64,000 nucleotides of DNA from NCBI RefSeq assembly GCF_006345805.1, contig NC_043005.1, positions 38,254,001 to 38,318,000 on the forward strand. The letters are read 5' to 3'. The notes under the pieces were generated by a model, which had not been told where the DNA came from, did no database searches, and saw only the letters and a program-made list of their open reading frames with translations. Shown here in pieces: positions 13,997-26,288 of the stretch; within the stretch, counting starts at the first letter, position 1, and each line of letters opens with the position of its first letter. The stretch comes from Octopus sinensis. Taxonomy: Eukaryota. The position numbers and the translations under genes are program-made.

Positions 13997-14853
13997 TGAG
14001 GTGGTATCAAAACGTTCATGGACTAGTTCTATAGTACACCAACCGATGGCAGTGCACAGCTGTGTTCACAGTGAGAGCTAGTAGTTAACTTCATGAAGCA
14101 ATGTGCCAAGTGACATCACTTCATGAGTTGTGAAATTTGTGTTTCTGTGATCACATGTATGCTGTAGTCTGCGATGGTCATTGCATCAAAATCTGTCAAG
14201 ATCTCCATCAGCATGCCACTGATGACTCATCCTTCATGTTGAGAATCATCACCAGTGATGAGGGTTGGGTCTACGGCTGTCACAATGGAAGAGGCCTTCG
14301 TCTCTACCACCAAAGTAGGCAAAACAGAGCTGCAGCTTAAAGAGCATGCTTACCATATTTGGTTTTTGACATCCATAGTATTGTGCATTGAGAATTCGTT
14401 CCCCAGGGTCAGATTATTAGTCAAGAGTTCTACTGTGATGTTCTGAAGCATTTCAGCAAAAGCAACTGAATTTGTGGAGTGCAAAGAATTGGATTCTTCC
14501 TGAGCTCTCCTCACTTGAGAGTTTCTTACCAAAACCAACATAGTATTGCTTCCTCACATGCCATGTTTGCCAGATTTAGCACCTGTAGACTTCCATCTCC
14601 TCTCCAAGAAGAAAATGCTGCTCAAAGGTCACCATTTTAGAACTTTTCAAAATCCAGAGTGAATTACAGAAGGTCCTCAACTTTCTTATGGAAAACTGAT
14701 TTCCAGGCCAGATTCCAAAAGTGGCAGGAACTCTGGGACTGGTGTATTGCTGTGCATGGTAACTATTTTGAAGGAGATGATGTTAAAACTAAGGTAAATA
14801 AGTTATTTTTTATCAAACATAACTAGTCTGGGAGTATTTTTGATATCGCCTCG
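13997..14853 (+). mobile_element. Internally deleted mariner (DD34D-type) element with TIRs and TA TSD
   Basis: TA|tgaggtggtatcaaaacgttcatggactagtt ... aactagtctgggagtatttttgatatcgcctcg|TA. Remnants IITSDEGWVYG and PH-PCLPDLAPVDFHL correspond to mariner ITGDE-W and YSPDLAP-D motifs. Confidence 0.85.
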
Positions 14854-15557
14854 TATGTTCCAACAATATCTCATAGCAGGTTTTAAATTATTTAGTTGGT
14901 TGCATTAGAATATTTAGATATGCATCAGAGCAATTAATTTCATCTAGAATCTCACAAAACCTCTTCTATTTGTTGATGATTTTATAGATATGTATATAAA
15001 AGTAAAAGATATCAATATAGAAGATGAAGTAGTAGACTTATCAAGATGGCTGTATGTTGACATTAAGCATATGTTCCCATATAATCTCCACAGATAGCGA
15101 CCATAAAGATTTATAAGTGACTCAGAGCTTTATATTTTGGAGAAGTGTGGGGGCAGGTAGTTGCTTTGATTAACCTTGATAAATGACTGATATTATTTTA
15201 TTGACCCCCAGTAGAATGATAAACAACATTAACTTTGATAGGATTTGAACTTAGAAAATAAATATATGTAATTATCTAACACAAGACACTTACTGCAACC
15301 AACCATCAATCCATGAGCACAAATAAGTGTCATCTCTGTCCTGCTGTTACCCCTTGGGACATCAATGGTAGATTTGCCACTGTTAGAAATAGTACCTAAA
15401 TCTTAAATTACACCCTCTTAAACAAATACAAATAGATTGCAAAATGAAATTCTTGCTATAGAATCAGATGGGATAGACATGGCTGGAATGAGTGTCTTTG
15501 ATTCTACATTTGCTTTATCAGGGTTGACCTGGGGCTAAAGAACATCAACATCAATAA

Positions 15558-15770
15558 TTATGGTTTCAAATTTTGGCACAAGGCCAGCAAGTTCAGAGGA
15601 TGGGGTCAATCAATTACATCAAAACCTGGTTTTCAACTGGTACTTATTTTATTGACCCTGAAAGGATGAAAGGCAAAGTTGACCTTGGCAGAATTTGAAC
15701 TCAGAATGTTCAGACAGATGAAATGCTGCTAACAATTTTGCTCAATGTGCTAATTTTTCTGCCAGCTCAC
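15558..15770 (-). mobile_element. SINE family B copy
   Basis: ctggtacttattttattgaccctgaaaggatgaaaggcaaagttgaccttggcagaatttgaactcagaa. The same motif recurs at about 1380-1460, 15190-15260, 21235-21290, 34045-34120, 34560-34620, 35505-35565, 51990-52060 and 56820-56880. Confidence 0.8.
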
Positions 15771-17432
15771 CACATTCAACAACATAAAATAATAATAAAG
15801 ACAATGATATTTATTGTAGAAAGTGGTAATCCAGTCACCCTTCAAGCAGTAAATTACTGGTACTTGTTTTATCCATTGAATGGGCTGTGCGAATGCAGAA
15901 CATACAACAATGAAATGTAACTGAATACTGCTGCCTTCCACCACACCTGTGGGGGTAGGCAAGGGTGGAAGATGAGATAAAACTGGATGGTGTTAGATGT
16001 TAGGTCTTTATTCCAGTGCTCCTTCCATTTGTGTCACTCAACTAAAAAATTTTCTATTAATCATAATAATAATTTTCACTCTATCCAATAACATCTACAG
16101 ATGTTAGCAACAATGTATGAGGTTCTCTATTGTTAATTCTCACAGTATCAATGCTATGGAAAAAAAACAAAACAAATAAAAACAAAAAGAATATGAAAAA
16201 GAACTAAAAGTAAGACCAACAGCAAAACCATCTAAAAAAAAAAACCTGCTGATGGAGTACCTCCATTCTTTATACTGACTCCAAATATTAGTTTTCATCT
16301 GGCAAGCATCTTCAAACATTATCAGAAATCTAATTATTTTTAACCATGTTACATCCTGTCTTTGAAAGGATACACATTAATTCTTTGCGATGAGTGGCAT
16401 CTCCATATTTTATCTTTTCCATTTATATTTATTTGGTTTTCACTTTTTTTTTTCTTTTCGCATGTTTAATGGTGGTCGTGGTGGTGGGGATTTGCTTGAG
16501 GTGATATCTTTCACTCAATCAGCTCTCTTCTTGTTTCAAGATATATCAAAGATCACATGAGAAAATTGAAAATCAGCACACGTTCCTATGCATCTATATG
16601 TGTGCTAAGACATGCACGTTTCCAGATGGTTTTAAAGAAGTGACTCAGTTTTAAGCAACTAAAAATTACCAGATCTCTATAGCTGGTTACTTGAGTGTTG
16701 AGTGTGTGTATTTACAGTTCTATTTTTCCCCTTTTTTTATGTAACACATGAACTAAATTACACAGATCAAATATTTTAGATATTGTTCTGTACTAATACA
16801 CTATGAATATACATATGGTAATTAATATATTCGTGGTAATTCCACATGAACACTATAGCATGGTTCAAATCAAAAATAGGCAAACTCATCCCAAATAACC
16901 CTGCCTGAATTAATAAATGAAGTTTTGCAGCATGAACACTGTCCTGTTTTCTTCCTAACTTTGACCCTCCATAAATCCCAAATTTTATTCTGGTACTTAT
17001 AGGAGCAAGTGTCTTCGAAGACTCGTATTGCCGTTCAGTGCTAGAAATGAGGAACAGATAGACAGATGACAACTGATGATGGGTCGTTTTTTTGTGTAAC
17101 TTGTCCTGTTTTCCATTTGTTTCTCTCGTTGTTTGTGTATTGAACTCATTTGTTTCCACATTTCATATTGTTTACTGTTGGTGACGTCCTGTACCCATAT
17201 ATGCATATGAATATATATATATATATATATATATAATAAATCTCTGAACGAAGTATAAACAGTAACTGCACAAAATGTGAGATATATTTGCCATCTAAAT
17301 GTTACTGTAGCTTGTAACCCCAGATGTTCTGCTGGAGAAGATGTTCTCCTGGGGCTACAAGCTACATTAGCATCCACCTTTAGTGGTTAGCCACATTTAG
17401 ATGGCAAATATACCACACACACACACACACAT

Positions 17433-17468
<36 letters not shown>

Positions 17469-18205
17469 CTAGCAAACACCCCATCCTTTGGATGGTTTAT
17501 GTTGCTTTGGTGGCGTTTTTTTTTTTTTTCACCAGTTAATTGAACTACCGAGAAGGTTTATGAGTAGTACAGTAATCTATGTTTCTGATTAGCCTAGGAA
17601 CAGAAAATCAAGTTGAAGGCTGGTTATTGTGGAGGTCGTTGCTCTTTAATGATTATAGAACATATGTTTGCAAGCGATGCAAAATAGAGCTACTGAAGTG
17701 TTTTGGGAGTAGATTATGGATAATCTATGTGATTGTTTAAAAAAAGACTAGAATGAGAAGGCTAAAACATACTTGAAATAATGGATAACAATCGAAATAT
17801 AATGGATGGGTAAAGTTTGGTGAAAATCGTGAATTATGGAAAATGTATGCGTTCAGTGTTCCATCGCTGGTGTGCAGTGGAAATAAATAAATGGTGAAAA
17901 TCTTTTCCCATTTATAAAAAACATTAAAAACGTATGGAAGACCCTACAGATTATAAAACAGCTTATTAATACAAATGAATAGGAATCATCTATTGTTGGT
18001 TTCCCATTGCTCTAGAGGCCCCAATATGGATTTTAAAAAAATCTAAGTAGCCTATGTTTGGGTCTGGGATATGAAGCAACTGTGTATAAAACTTTAAAGA
18101 AACCAGATGAAAGATGTAGGAGTTATTGAGGTACATGAATTTTTTTGTGTATATATATATATATACACACGCACACACAAAATACTTCAATTTTATAGAT
18201 ATTGA
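17469..18205 (-). mobile_element. Non-autonomous Helitron-like element
   Basis: On the minus strand: 5' A|TCaatatctataaaa at 18205, 3' hairpin ccatcc-aaa-ggatgg (17481-17495) and CTAG|T terminus at 17469. Confidence 0.65.
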
Positions 18206-18786
18206 TATCCATGAATGTGACTGTATATGTTTTAAACATAAAAATATGCTTTTGTACAAAACACATGTTCTAAGTTTCTTATTGTGCTGCTGTATTAATA
18301 ATTCCTGAAGAATTGTCAAGCGAACCCTACTATTCAGATAAATAAACCCTTATCTGCTGAAAATGGGGGTTCTCTATAATTGTGAACTTTTCATTCTTTG
18401 GAACATTTTCTTAATGTCCTATGTTTTAAGAGAAATTTAGCTATTATTGCTAGCATGTTGATTGACTGCTTGAAGGTTACTTTGTTGGCTTAAGCTCACA
18501 ATGTTGGGCAGGAAAAAATCTTATCAATACAGCAGATGTAACAACAAGAAAAACTGCTTACCAGGTAATATGGCCCAAATTGAAGGAATGGAACCAGCAG
18601 GTATGGTATATATTGTATCCAACTTCATAAGAGCCTTATTGACTATACTCACATCTCTAGAACTCTGTGCATGTGATGCATTGTTTTCTGACCAATACAA
18701 TTTTTTTTTCCAACACCCCTCTCGTACAACAGTAATAAATAATTGTTACAGTTCATTCACCGGTTTTTCTCACTTTACTATTTCAG

Positions 18787-18960
18787 CTCCATGCTCTGCG
18801 TCTCCACCAAATATTGATAATGGTCGGCGAGTTTACATCGGGTGGAAACATGGAGATCGAGCAAAATATATGTGTCTTCAAGGTTTCCGTCTTCGTGGAG
18901 ACAAATACATGACATGCCAATATGGGCGGTGGAAAGGTTCTAGACCGTACTGTGAAGAAA
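18787..18960 (+). CDS. lev-9: Internal coding exon (174 nt, phase 1-1) encoding one CCP/sushi domain; penultimate coding exon of a LEV-9/Hasp/Hig-like protein
   Basis: Acceptor ...tttactatttcAG ends at 18786 and donor GTAAGT starts at 18961. Translation (A)PCSASPPNIDNGRRVYIGWKHGDRAKYMCLQGFRLRGDKYMTCQYGRWKGSRPYCEE has the four Cys, PP-I-NG, Y-C-GF-L-G and C---G-W---P-C sushi pattern. It splices in frame to 23703 (A|TA = Ile). The gene symbol is a family-level inference. Confidence 0.88.
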
Positions 18961-19000
18961 GTAAGTATCCTTTTCTTATCTCACTTCCACCATCTCTCTC

Positions 19001-19055
<55 letters not shown>

Positions 19056-19272
19056 TTCCTCTGTGTGTGCACGTGTGTGTGTGTATGTGTTGTAAAGAAG
19101 TTTGCTTCACAACCACATGGCTTGAAATCCAGAGCCAGAGGTTGACATTTCAAGCAAATGTCTTTTAATGAAACCTCAGATCAACCAAAGATTTGTCAGT
19201 GAAATGGAAACTATGAGGAAGCCTGTTGTATGCATGTCTATGAGTGCCACAAATCAGTCTCATCATATATAA

Positions 19273-19626
19273 GCACAGGCATGGCTGTGTGGTTCAGAAG
19301 TTTGCTTCCGAACCACATGGTTTGGGTTCTGTCCCACTTCATGGTACTTTGCATAAATGCCCTTTACTACAGCCCCAGGACAACCAAAGCCCATGAGTTG
19401 ATTTGGAACATGGAAACTGAAAGAATCCCATCATGTGTGTGTGTGTGCATGTGCATATTGTGAATATATATCTGTTTATATCTTTTTGTCTTGACAGCAC
19501 ATGATGGTTGTAAACAAGCACCACTGTAATTCAAGAGATGCTCATTTTTAATCTTCTGTTAAAACATGTCTATGGGAAATATTACCCTGCTATGAAACTA
19601 GTGAGTTAGCAATGAGCAAGGCATCC
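19273..19626 (+). mobile_element. tRNA-derived SINE (family A), interrupted by the mariner at 19629
   Basis: Head ggcatggctgtgtggttcagaagtttgcttccgaaccacatggtttgggttctgtccc, then tacagccccaggacaaccaaagcc...ggaaactgaaagaa and an internal (TG)n. The tail resumes after 20180. A partial tandem copy lies at about 19085-19230. Confidence 0.8.
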
Positions 19627-19628
19627 TA

Positions 19629-20177
19629 TTGGGTTGTCTGGAAAGTTCACACCGACTTTTAAAGGAAAGAAAAAGGTCAATAAATACTTGGCATTACAAC
19701 CAAATATGAACCATTTTGTTGACAATGCATCTCCATCTTTCCTTTAACTTGAAAATACCTCCTCCCCAGAATTGAGGTGGTGTCATGGCAAAGAATTCAT
19801 CAAGATATCTTTTTACATCATCCAAGGAATTGAAATTTTTACCATTAAGACTATTCTGCAGAGACCTGAATAGGTGGAAATCCAAAGGAGCAATGTCTGG
19901 TGAATATGGAGGATGGGGTAACACATCCCAGCCGAGCTGCAGCAATTTTTGTCTGGTTCCCAAAGCATCAAGTGCCAAAAATGAACTTTCTTATCTTCCA
20001 TTTTAAAGGGTTGCAAAATTAACACTGGTTATAGGAACATAAACCTTCTTCCACAAAGAGATAGCTTAAACTGTGCTCTAAATAGAAATATAGTCAAATC
20101 CTATTTTATGGACTCAACCATGTTCTAAAATACGTCAAATGGTAAGCTGATTGGCACAAACTTTCCAGACAACCCAA
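19629..20177 (-). mobile_element. Internally deleted mariner (549 bp) in the intron of the CCP gene
   Basis: TIRs ttgggttgtctggaaagtt / aactttccagacaacccaa with TA on both sides. N-terminal MEDKKVHFWHLML is joined to C-terminal LGWDVLPHPPYSPDIAPLDFHLFRSLQNSL. Confidence 0.92.
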
Positions 20178-22559
20178 TACTATAGAAAATTTGCCTCAAG
20201 GAACTCTGTCTAATTTGTACAACCTTGGAATAGTGAATGTTAAAACATTTTTTATATATAAATAGATAATGAAATTATGTAAAAAGCATTGATGTGGGTA
20301 GTAATGCCACATAGAAAGCAATGATGCTGATGCCTCATAAAAAGCACTGGTGATAGTGCCATGTACAAAGCACCAAGTTCACTTTTTCAGGTGGTTGGTG
20401 TTCAGAAGGGCATCCAGTTGTAGAAACCAAGCCAAAACAGACAATGGTGCATGGTATGCCTCTTGGCTGGCCTTGCTAGCTCCTGTCAAGCTGTCCAACT
20501 CATACCAGCATGGAAAACAAAATTTAACTGTTGTTGTTGATGATGATGATGATGATAGTGGTGGTGGTGAAGAGGAGGATGTAGCTCAATGGCATAAAAC
20601 ATTATCAGTATCACATAATGTATGTATATTGTTAAACACCAGGAACCACAGTTTATCATTTGGGAAAGATCTCTTCAAAGATATATAGTGTAAAATAATA
20701 CCGAATACCATTCCTGGAGGTGGATGTGAGCAGCTGATACCAAAATTTCATGCTATCTCACTGCTTATCAATGCCATGTACTTACCTAGCTTCCAAAAGG
20801 AAATTAAAATGTTAGCCTGAAGTATATATGTATTTGTATATGTATGTATGTGTGTGAGTGTGCGTGTAAAAATTATTTGCTTATTTAGAATTGCATCACA
20901 CAAGTAGAATAGATGCAAATTTTATCATTTTTTAGAAAAGGAATATTTGATGGAGATTTACTGCTTACAAGGAAATATAGTTTGAGTTGGTTTGAGTAGA
21001 AAGGAAGTTATCAGAGTTTCCATGTACCTTATTGAACTCAGGTGTTACTCACCTCGAAGTCACTTGCTAAGGTGCCAATCAGTATGCTTGTACTCAGAAC
21101 CATATCATTATGAAGCAATTCTCTTAAACACAGCCATGCCCACACAAAAATAATCTTAAAAGGTAATAAGCCTTTCTACTAAAGGCCAGGGCCTGAAATT
21201 TTGTGATAAGGGGCTAGTCTATTACAGCAATCCCTGTACTTGACTTAAAAAGATGAAAGGCATTGTTGACCTCAGCAGGATTTGAACTCAGCATTTCTCT
21301 ATGGCACGCTAACAATTCTGCCAGCTTGACATCAAATCTAAAACAAGTAATGTAAGTAAACAAAAAAATGCAAATAACTGTTTTTATGCATTTAACCCTT
21401 AGAGGATATGTGTAACTTATACTGTGTTTTGTGATGTCAAAGACACTTTTTGTGTAAAAAAAAAACAACAACCTTGAGAATTACTAAGCATATATATGTT
21501 TGTATGCATATTTATGTATTTGTATGCATCTATGTGTGAGTACATCTGTGCATGTTTGAATGCTTCTCTGAAGTTTACAATCCGTATTAATATACCAATG
21601 TGTGTGTGTGTGTGTGTGTGCATGCATCTATGTATGTTTGTGTGTATCAGTGTGAAGTTTGCAATCTGTACAGAACTACAAATGTTGGCACTTGTTGGCA
21701 TTTCCTGTCAAATCATTCAATAGCTCTATCTGTGCTTTTAAATCTTTCTGGAATATATATATATATATATATAAACTTGAAAAAATGTGTGTGACAGGAA
21801 GAACATCTTGCTGTAAAATCATGCCACAAATAACTTACCATTTAACTTATGGCAAAATAAATATTTCTTCTGTGGAACATTGTCACATCAAATAAAATCT
21901 GGTAATTCATTAAACTGATTCTGTTAAGTGTGGAATAAAATGAATAATTTCTTTTCAAATCTGAAGCAATCGAAACAGTTGTATATACATATGCATAACT
22001 ACACAAATGTGCACATACAAACATATATGCACTCACATTCTGATGCATGCACATCCTAGTGTACATATACAGCTGTATGTATGCACATATGTACGCTCAT
22101 GACACTTTCAAGTATTCACTCACTCACTCACACACATTCTCTTTGGGTATGCACCCTCTCCCTCGGGTGTGTGCCCTCTCCTTTTCTCTCACATGTGCAC
22201 ACACTTTCTCACACTCTAAGTGAGAGAGTATGACATACTTTCGCTTTTGGGAGATGATGTGTGTGCACAGGCATGTATGTGAATGTGGGAGCATGTTGGC
22301 ATGTGAGTGCATGCCAATGTGTGAGCACACATTGGAGTGCAGGCAAGTCTGATTGTATGTGAACTGACTGTATGGATGCAAGTCTGTGAGAGTGAGAATG
22401 CACATGTAAATGTGTGCATGTGAGTGCACACATAAGCATGCATATTCATAATCACTCACAGGTATTCTAGTGCACACACTAGCATGCATGCCTGCATGCA
22501 CCTATACTCTCATGCGCATATGAGTGTGCATACACATTCAAGCACATACAAACACATTG

Positions 22560-22873
22560 TCACTTCTGCTCTCTTATATTCATTCTATCTCTCACTCATT
22601 CTCACCCTATTGCTCTCCCACACTCTCTTGCCCTACCACTCTCTCGCTTTCCTGTTTGTTCTCTCACTCGCACACTCTTGTTTGTTCCTCTCTCCCTCTC
22701 TCATACACCTACTCACCTTCACTTGCTCACTCCTCTCTTTGTCTCACTCTCCCTGTCACTCATTCCTCTCTCTCTCACAGTCTTCCCAGTTGTCTCACTT
22801 TCTTCTCTCTCTCTCCTTTGCTGCTTCACTTGCTTGCTCCTTTCTCTGCTTTGCTTTCTTACTCTTGCTTGCT

Positions 22874-22911
<38 letters not shown>

Positions 22912-23020
22912 CTGTCTCACTCACTCTCAGTTCCTTTGTCTGTCTGTCTCTTCTCTCTTGTTCCCTGTTTCCCTCCCTTGCTGTCTTGTTCTTCCCATTC
23001 CTCTCCCTCCCCCTTCTTAA
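22560..23020. repeat. Pyrimidine-rich (CT/CACT) low-complexity tract
   Basis: Read directly from the sequence; a similar purine-rich tract lies at about 52545-52880. Confidence 0.85.
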
Positions 23021-23202
23021 AATTTACATCTACCAGATTCCCCACCAACATTTTACTGGTCTGAGTTTAGCTATTAAATTTGACATTTGCTCAAGAAGTT
23101 ATACTGTGGGATTGAGCTTTAAACCTTGTTATGTTTGAGAGGCAAACTTCATAACACAGAGGTGCCTGCAGCTAATTTACACACCATTTAAAAAAAAATT
23201 TC

Positions 23203-23505
23203 TTTTTACTTGTTTCAGTCATTTGACTGCAGCCATGCCGGAGCATGACCTTGAAAGGTTCTTTTGAACAATTCGACCTCAGAGCTTATTTTTAAGACTA
23301 GTACTTATTTTATCAGTCTATTTTGCTGAATTGCTATGTTACAGGGATGTAAACACACCAACACCAGTTGTCAAGTGGTGATGGGAGAACAAACACAGAT
23401 ACAAAGACACATGCACACAGACACACACAAACACAGAAATAAATATACACACTACGGGCTTCTTTTAGTTTCCATTTGCCAGATCCACTTATCCGGCTTT
23501 GATTA
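23203..23505 (-). mobile_element. 5'-truncated SINE (same subfamily as 49563-49934) in the intron
   Basis: ttttacttgtttcagtcatttgact...gtaaacacacca...gttgtcaagt...caaacacaga is colinear with 49563-49840. Confidence 0.8.
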
Positions 23506-23702
23506 GTGTAAGCTTAATTCACCCATACAGAGTGCTAGCAGACGTTTATAGGTTTGTGCTCTAGTTGCTTACAGTTTCAGTTTACTGTTTTGGTGTAATG
23601 ACTCAAAATTATTAAAGGTGAAGTATTTTAATTATTATATCTGATCTCTTTAACATTTTGTAATTCCTTGCTAATTGATTTTACTTTATTTTTATTTTGC
23701 AG

Positions 23703-23977
23703 TATTCTGTCCTAATCCAGGATCATTGACAAATGGTAAAATATTTAAAAAAGGACATTTAGGAAATTTTGTGTTTAAACCATATATTGTTACTATACGA
23801 CACGGTGACCGGTTAATGTATGAATGTGAACGTGGCTATGAATTACTTGGTCCAACTGGTGCCACCTGCGTTGATGGCCAATGGAGCCCTGAAGATAGGC
23901 CCTTATGCAAACAAAGCTCCCATCCAGCTTTGCAAAAGCTATGGAAGCCCATCGAAGAGGGTCCTTTGAATTATTAA
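23703..23977 (+). CDS. lev-9: Terminal coding exon with an atypical C-terminal CCP/sushi domain plus short tail; LEV-9/Hasp/Hig-like
   Basis: Polypyrimidine tract and AG at 23701-23702. Translation IFCPNPGSLTNGKIFKKGHLGNFVFKPYIVTIRHGDRLMYECERGYELLGPTGATCVDGQWSPEDRPLCKQSSHPALQKLWKPIEEGPLNY-stop (TAA ends 23977). The extended loop (G-x-x-G-x-F-x-F-K-P-Y) and GATC-x-x-G-x-WSP...C...HP match my recollection of the last CCP of invertebrate LEV-9/Hasp-like proteins; not database-checked. Confidence 0.85.
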
Positions 23978-25259
23978 GCCAGATCTGGATTGGAAATTAT
24001 CACAGAGAGATGCCACATATTATGGAATGGAAACAGGAAAAATTATTTAAAACAAAAATCCATGCTTAGAATGGTGTAGAAACTAAACACATGTAGATAA
24101 AGAAATGTACCTTCACATACCATGTCTACCAAGAAGGAGTTAGAAAAGCTGCTCACACAAAACATCATTGAAGGTTTGTTGTGAGCAATGTTTTGGGCCT
24201 GGCAAAAAGATTAAGTCACATAATCATATTACTAATATTCTTTGTCTTAATCATATTCTGAACAGTTTTGCAATGGCTGCTTTGTTATGATACAAAGTTG
24301 AACAAGGAATTGAAGATTATTTTGCGGTTATAATTGAAATAAAAAAAAAAATATGAGAGTAGACATTACACTCTAAAGTTGGTTTAACAGATAAAAATGA
24401 AAAAAATTAAAAACAAGAAAATTCTCTAAAGAAAGACTGGGATGAGAGTTTCTCAAAAAAAAAAAAAAAAAACTAGAAATGGTCTCTAAGATAAAAGTGG
24501 CTGAATTTGGTATAGATTTTTTTTTTTTAATGGATTGAAGTTTATTTTATCCAAAATATATATGTGACAAGAATGTTGTAGAATGAAGTTAACTATGGAA
24601 TATTCAAAAGAATATATTGACAGAAATAAAATGGGTTCTTCCAGAAACGATCCTGTGAAGAAGAGCACAACGAAGATGAACCAATTTTTTTATTAAAAAG
24701 ATTTACATAGAGAAAGTCAAGCAAAAGAAATGAAACAAAAATTATACAAGAACGCTTGCATGATTCGATATTTGTACGAAATCAATATTTCCTGGTTAAA
24801 AGATTTCCAAAGAACTACAAAACATACTGTATTCTTGTGGATGAGATGAAAATCATTGATGTTCTTCTAAAAAAAGAATAAGGATTATGTCAAGGGTGAA
24901 TAGAACCTAACCACATGTCTTTGGCATCGAATGGTTTGTTCTTTGGTAGAATATACCAGCTCCGTGAAAATTTGGGACTTCAGAAATGTTGAGAAAATCA
25001 TCTGAAACTGAAACCCACACCCAAACGTTAGAGCTTGCCAAAATGAAAAGAGAATATGGACAAATACGGAAAAAAAAATACATATATATATATATACATA
25101 TATGTATATATATATATATACATACATTGACTGCAAAATTAATAAAGACATGTGGCCATAATTAATATAAGAAATGGAAGAATCAAAGACAAACGAAATA
25201 AACACTCACCTGGAGTTGTCCAAATATCCATTTCTGAACAAAAATAATATCAATCAATA

Positions 25260-26257
25260 GAAATGCATTTTTTATGCATCAGTGTGTATGCATGTGCATG
25301 TGTGTGTGTGCATGTATGTGTGTGTATATACATGTATAACACTTATGTAAATATACACATATGTGTATATATGTCTATGTGTATATTATATACATATGTA
25401 ACGTTTAAATATACTTGTATGAGTGAGTATATATATATATATATATATGTATGTATATATACATATATATATGTACATATATATATTTACATACACACAT
25501 ACATGAACTGTGTGTCTGCATTAATACACACACATTCACATACACACATATATGCATAAGACTACATTTACATGTATTGTTATCCTACACAGACAAACAC
25601 TGTATGTTATTTTTTTTTCCTGTCATGCCATTTATATTATTAAAATCATTACACTAACTTCTTACATATAATAACACATATATGTAAACATATTGTTAAC
25701 CCATACACATCACTATTATTTTAACTCTACAAGTAATGACTCACTATATCTACCCCCACCACATATGTTTGCACTTAAAGAAATAAGCGGCTAAACGCAT
25801 GCACACACACACACACACACACATTGCATACATACACATATATATATATTTACATATACATGTGTATGTCATATATATGTATATATATGTGTGTGGGTAT
25901 ATATATATATGTATGTGTGGGTACATACATATATATATATATATATGTATGTATACATATAGACATACATATATATATGCACACACATACACACGTTTAT
26001 AGCAACAGATGGGAGGAAAAATACTCAATACATGATGTAGAGTATAAGTATTCAGTTGAATCACACACACATGCCCTACACAAAGCAAAACTAATTGTGT
26101 GTGCATGCACGTACACACACACAAACATATTCTATATAATGGATCATATAAATGAACAGTAGTCAAGTTATTAAACGGATTCTACTTGATTTATTATTAT
26201 AGCAGAAACACTAATGATATTGTTGATTTAGAGAGTCGTTGTGTCTATATATATATG

Positions 26258-26288
<31 letters not shown>

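Noticed and set aside
16995-17210. Additional hammerhead at ctgatga near 17073
   Set aside because: No stem II or GAAA follows; it may be a repeat fragment but the motif is unsupported.
18501-19145. 214-aa ORF as a single-exon gene
   Set aside because: Only 18787-18960 is sushi-like and it is bounded by AG/GT; the rest is intron read-through including (CT)n/(CA)n.
24330-25205. Polyadenylation site of the CCP gene
   Set aside because: Several AATAAA hexamers occur in AT-rich sequence and none can be chosen without transcript data.
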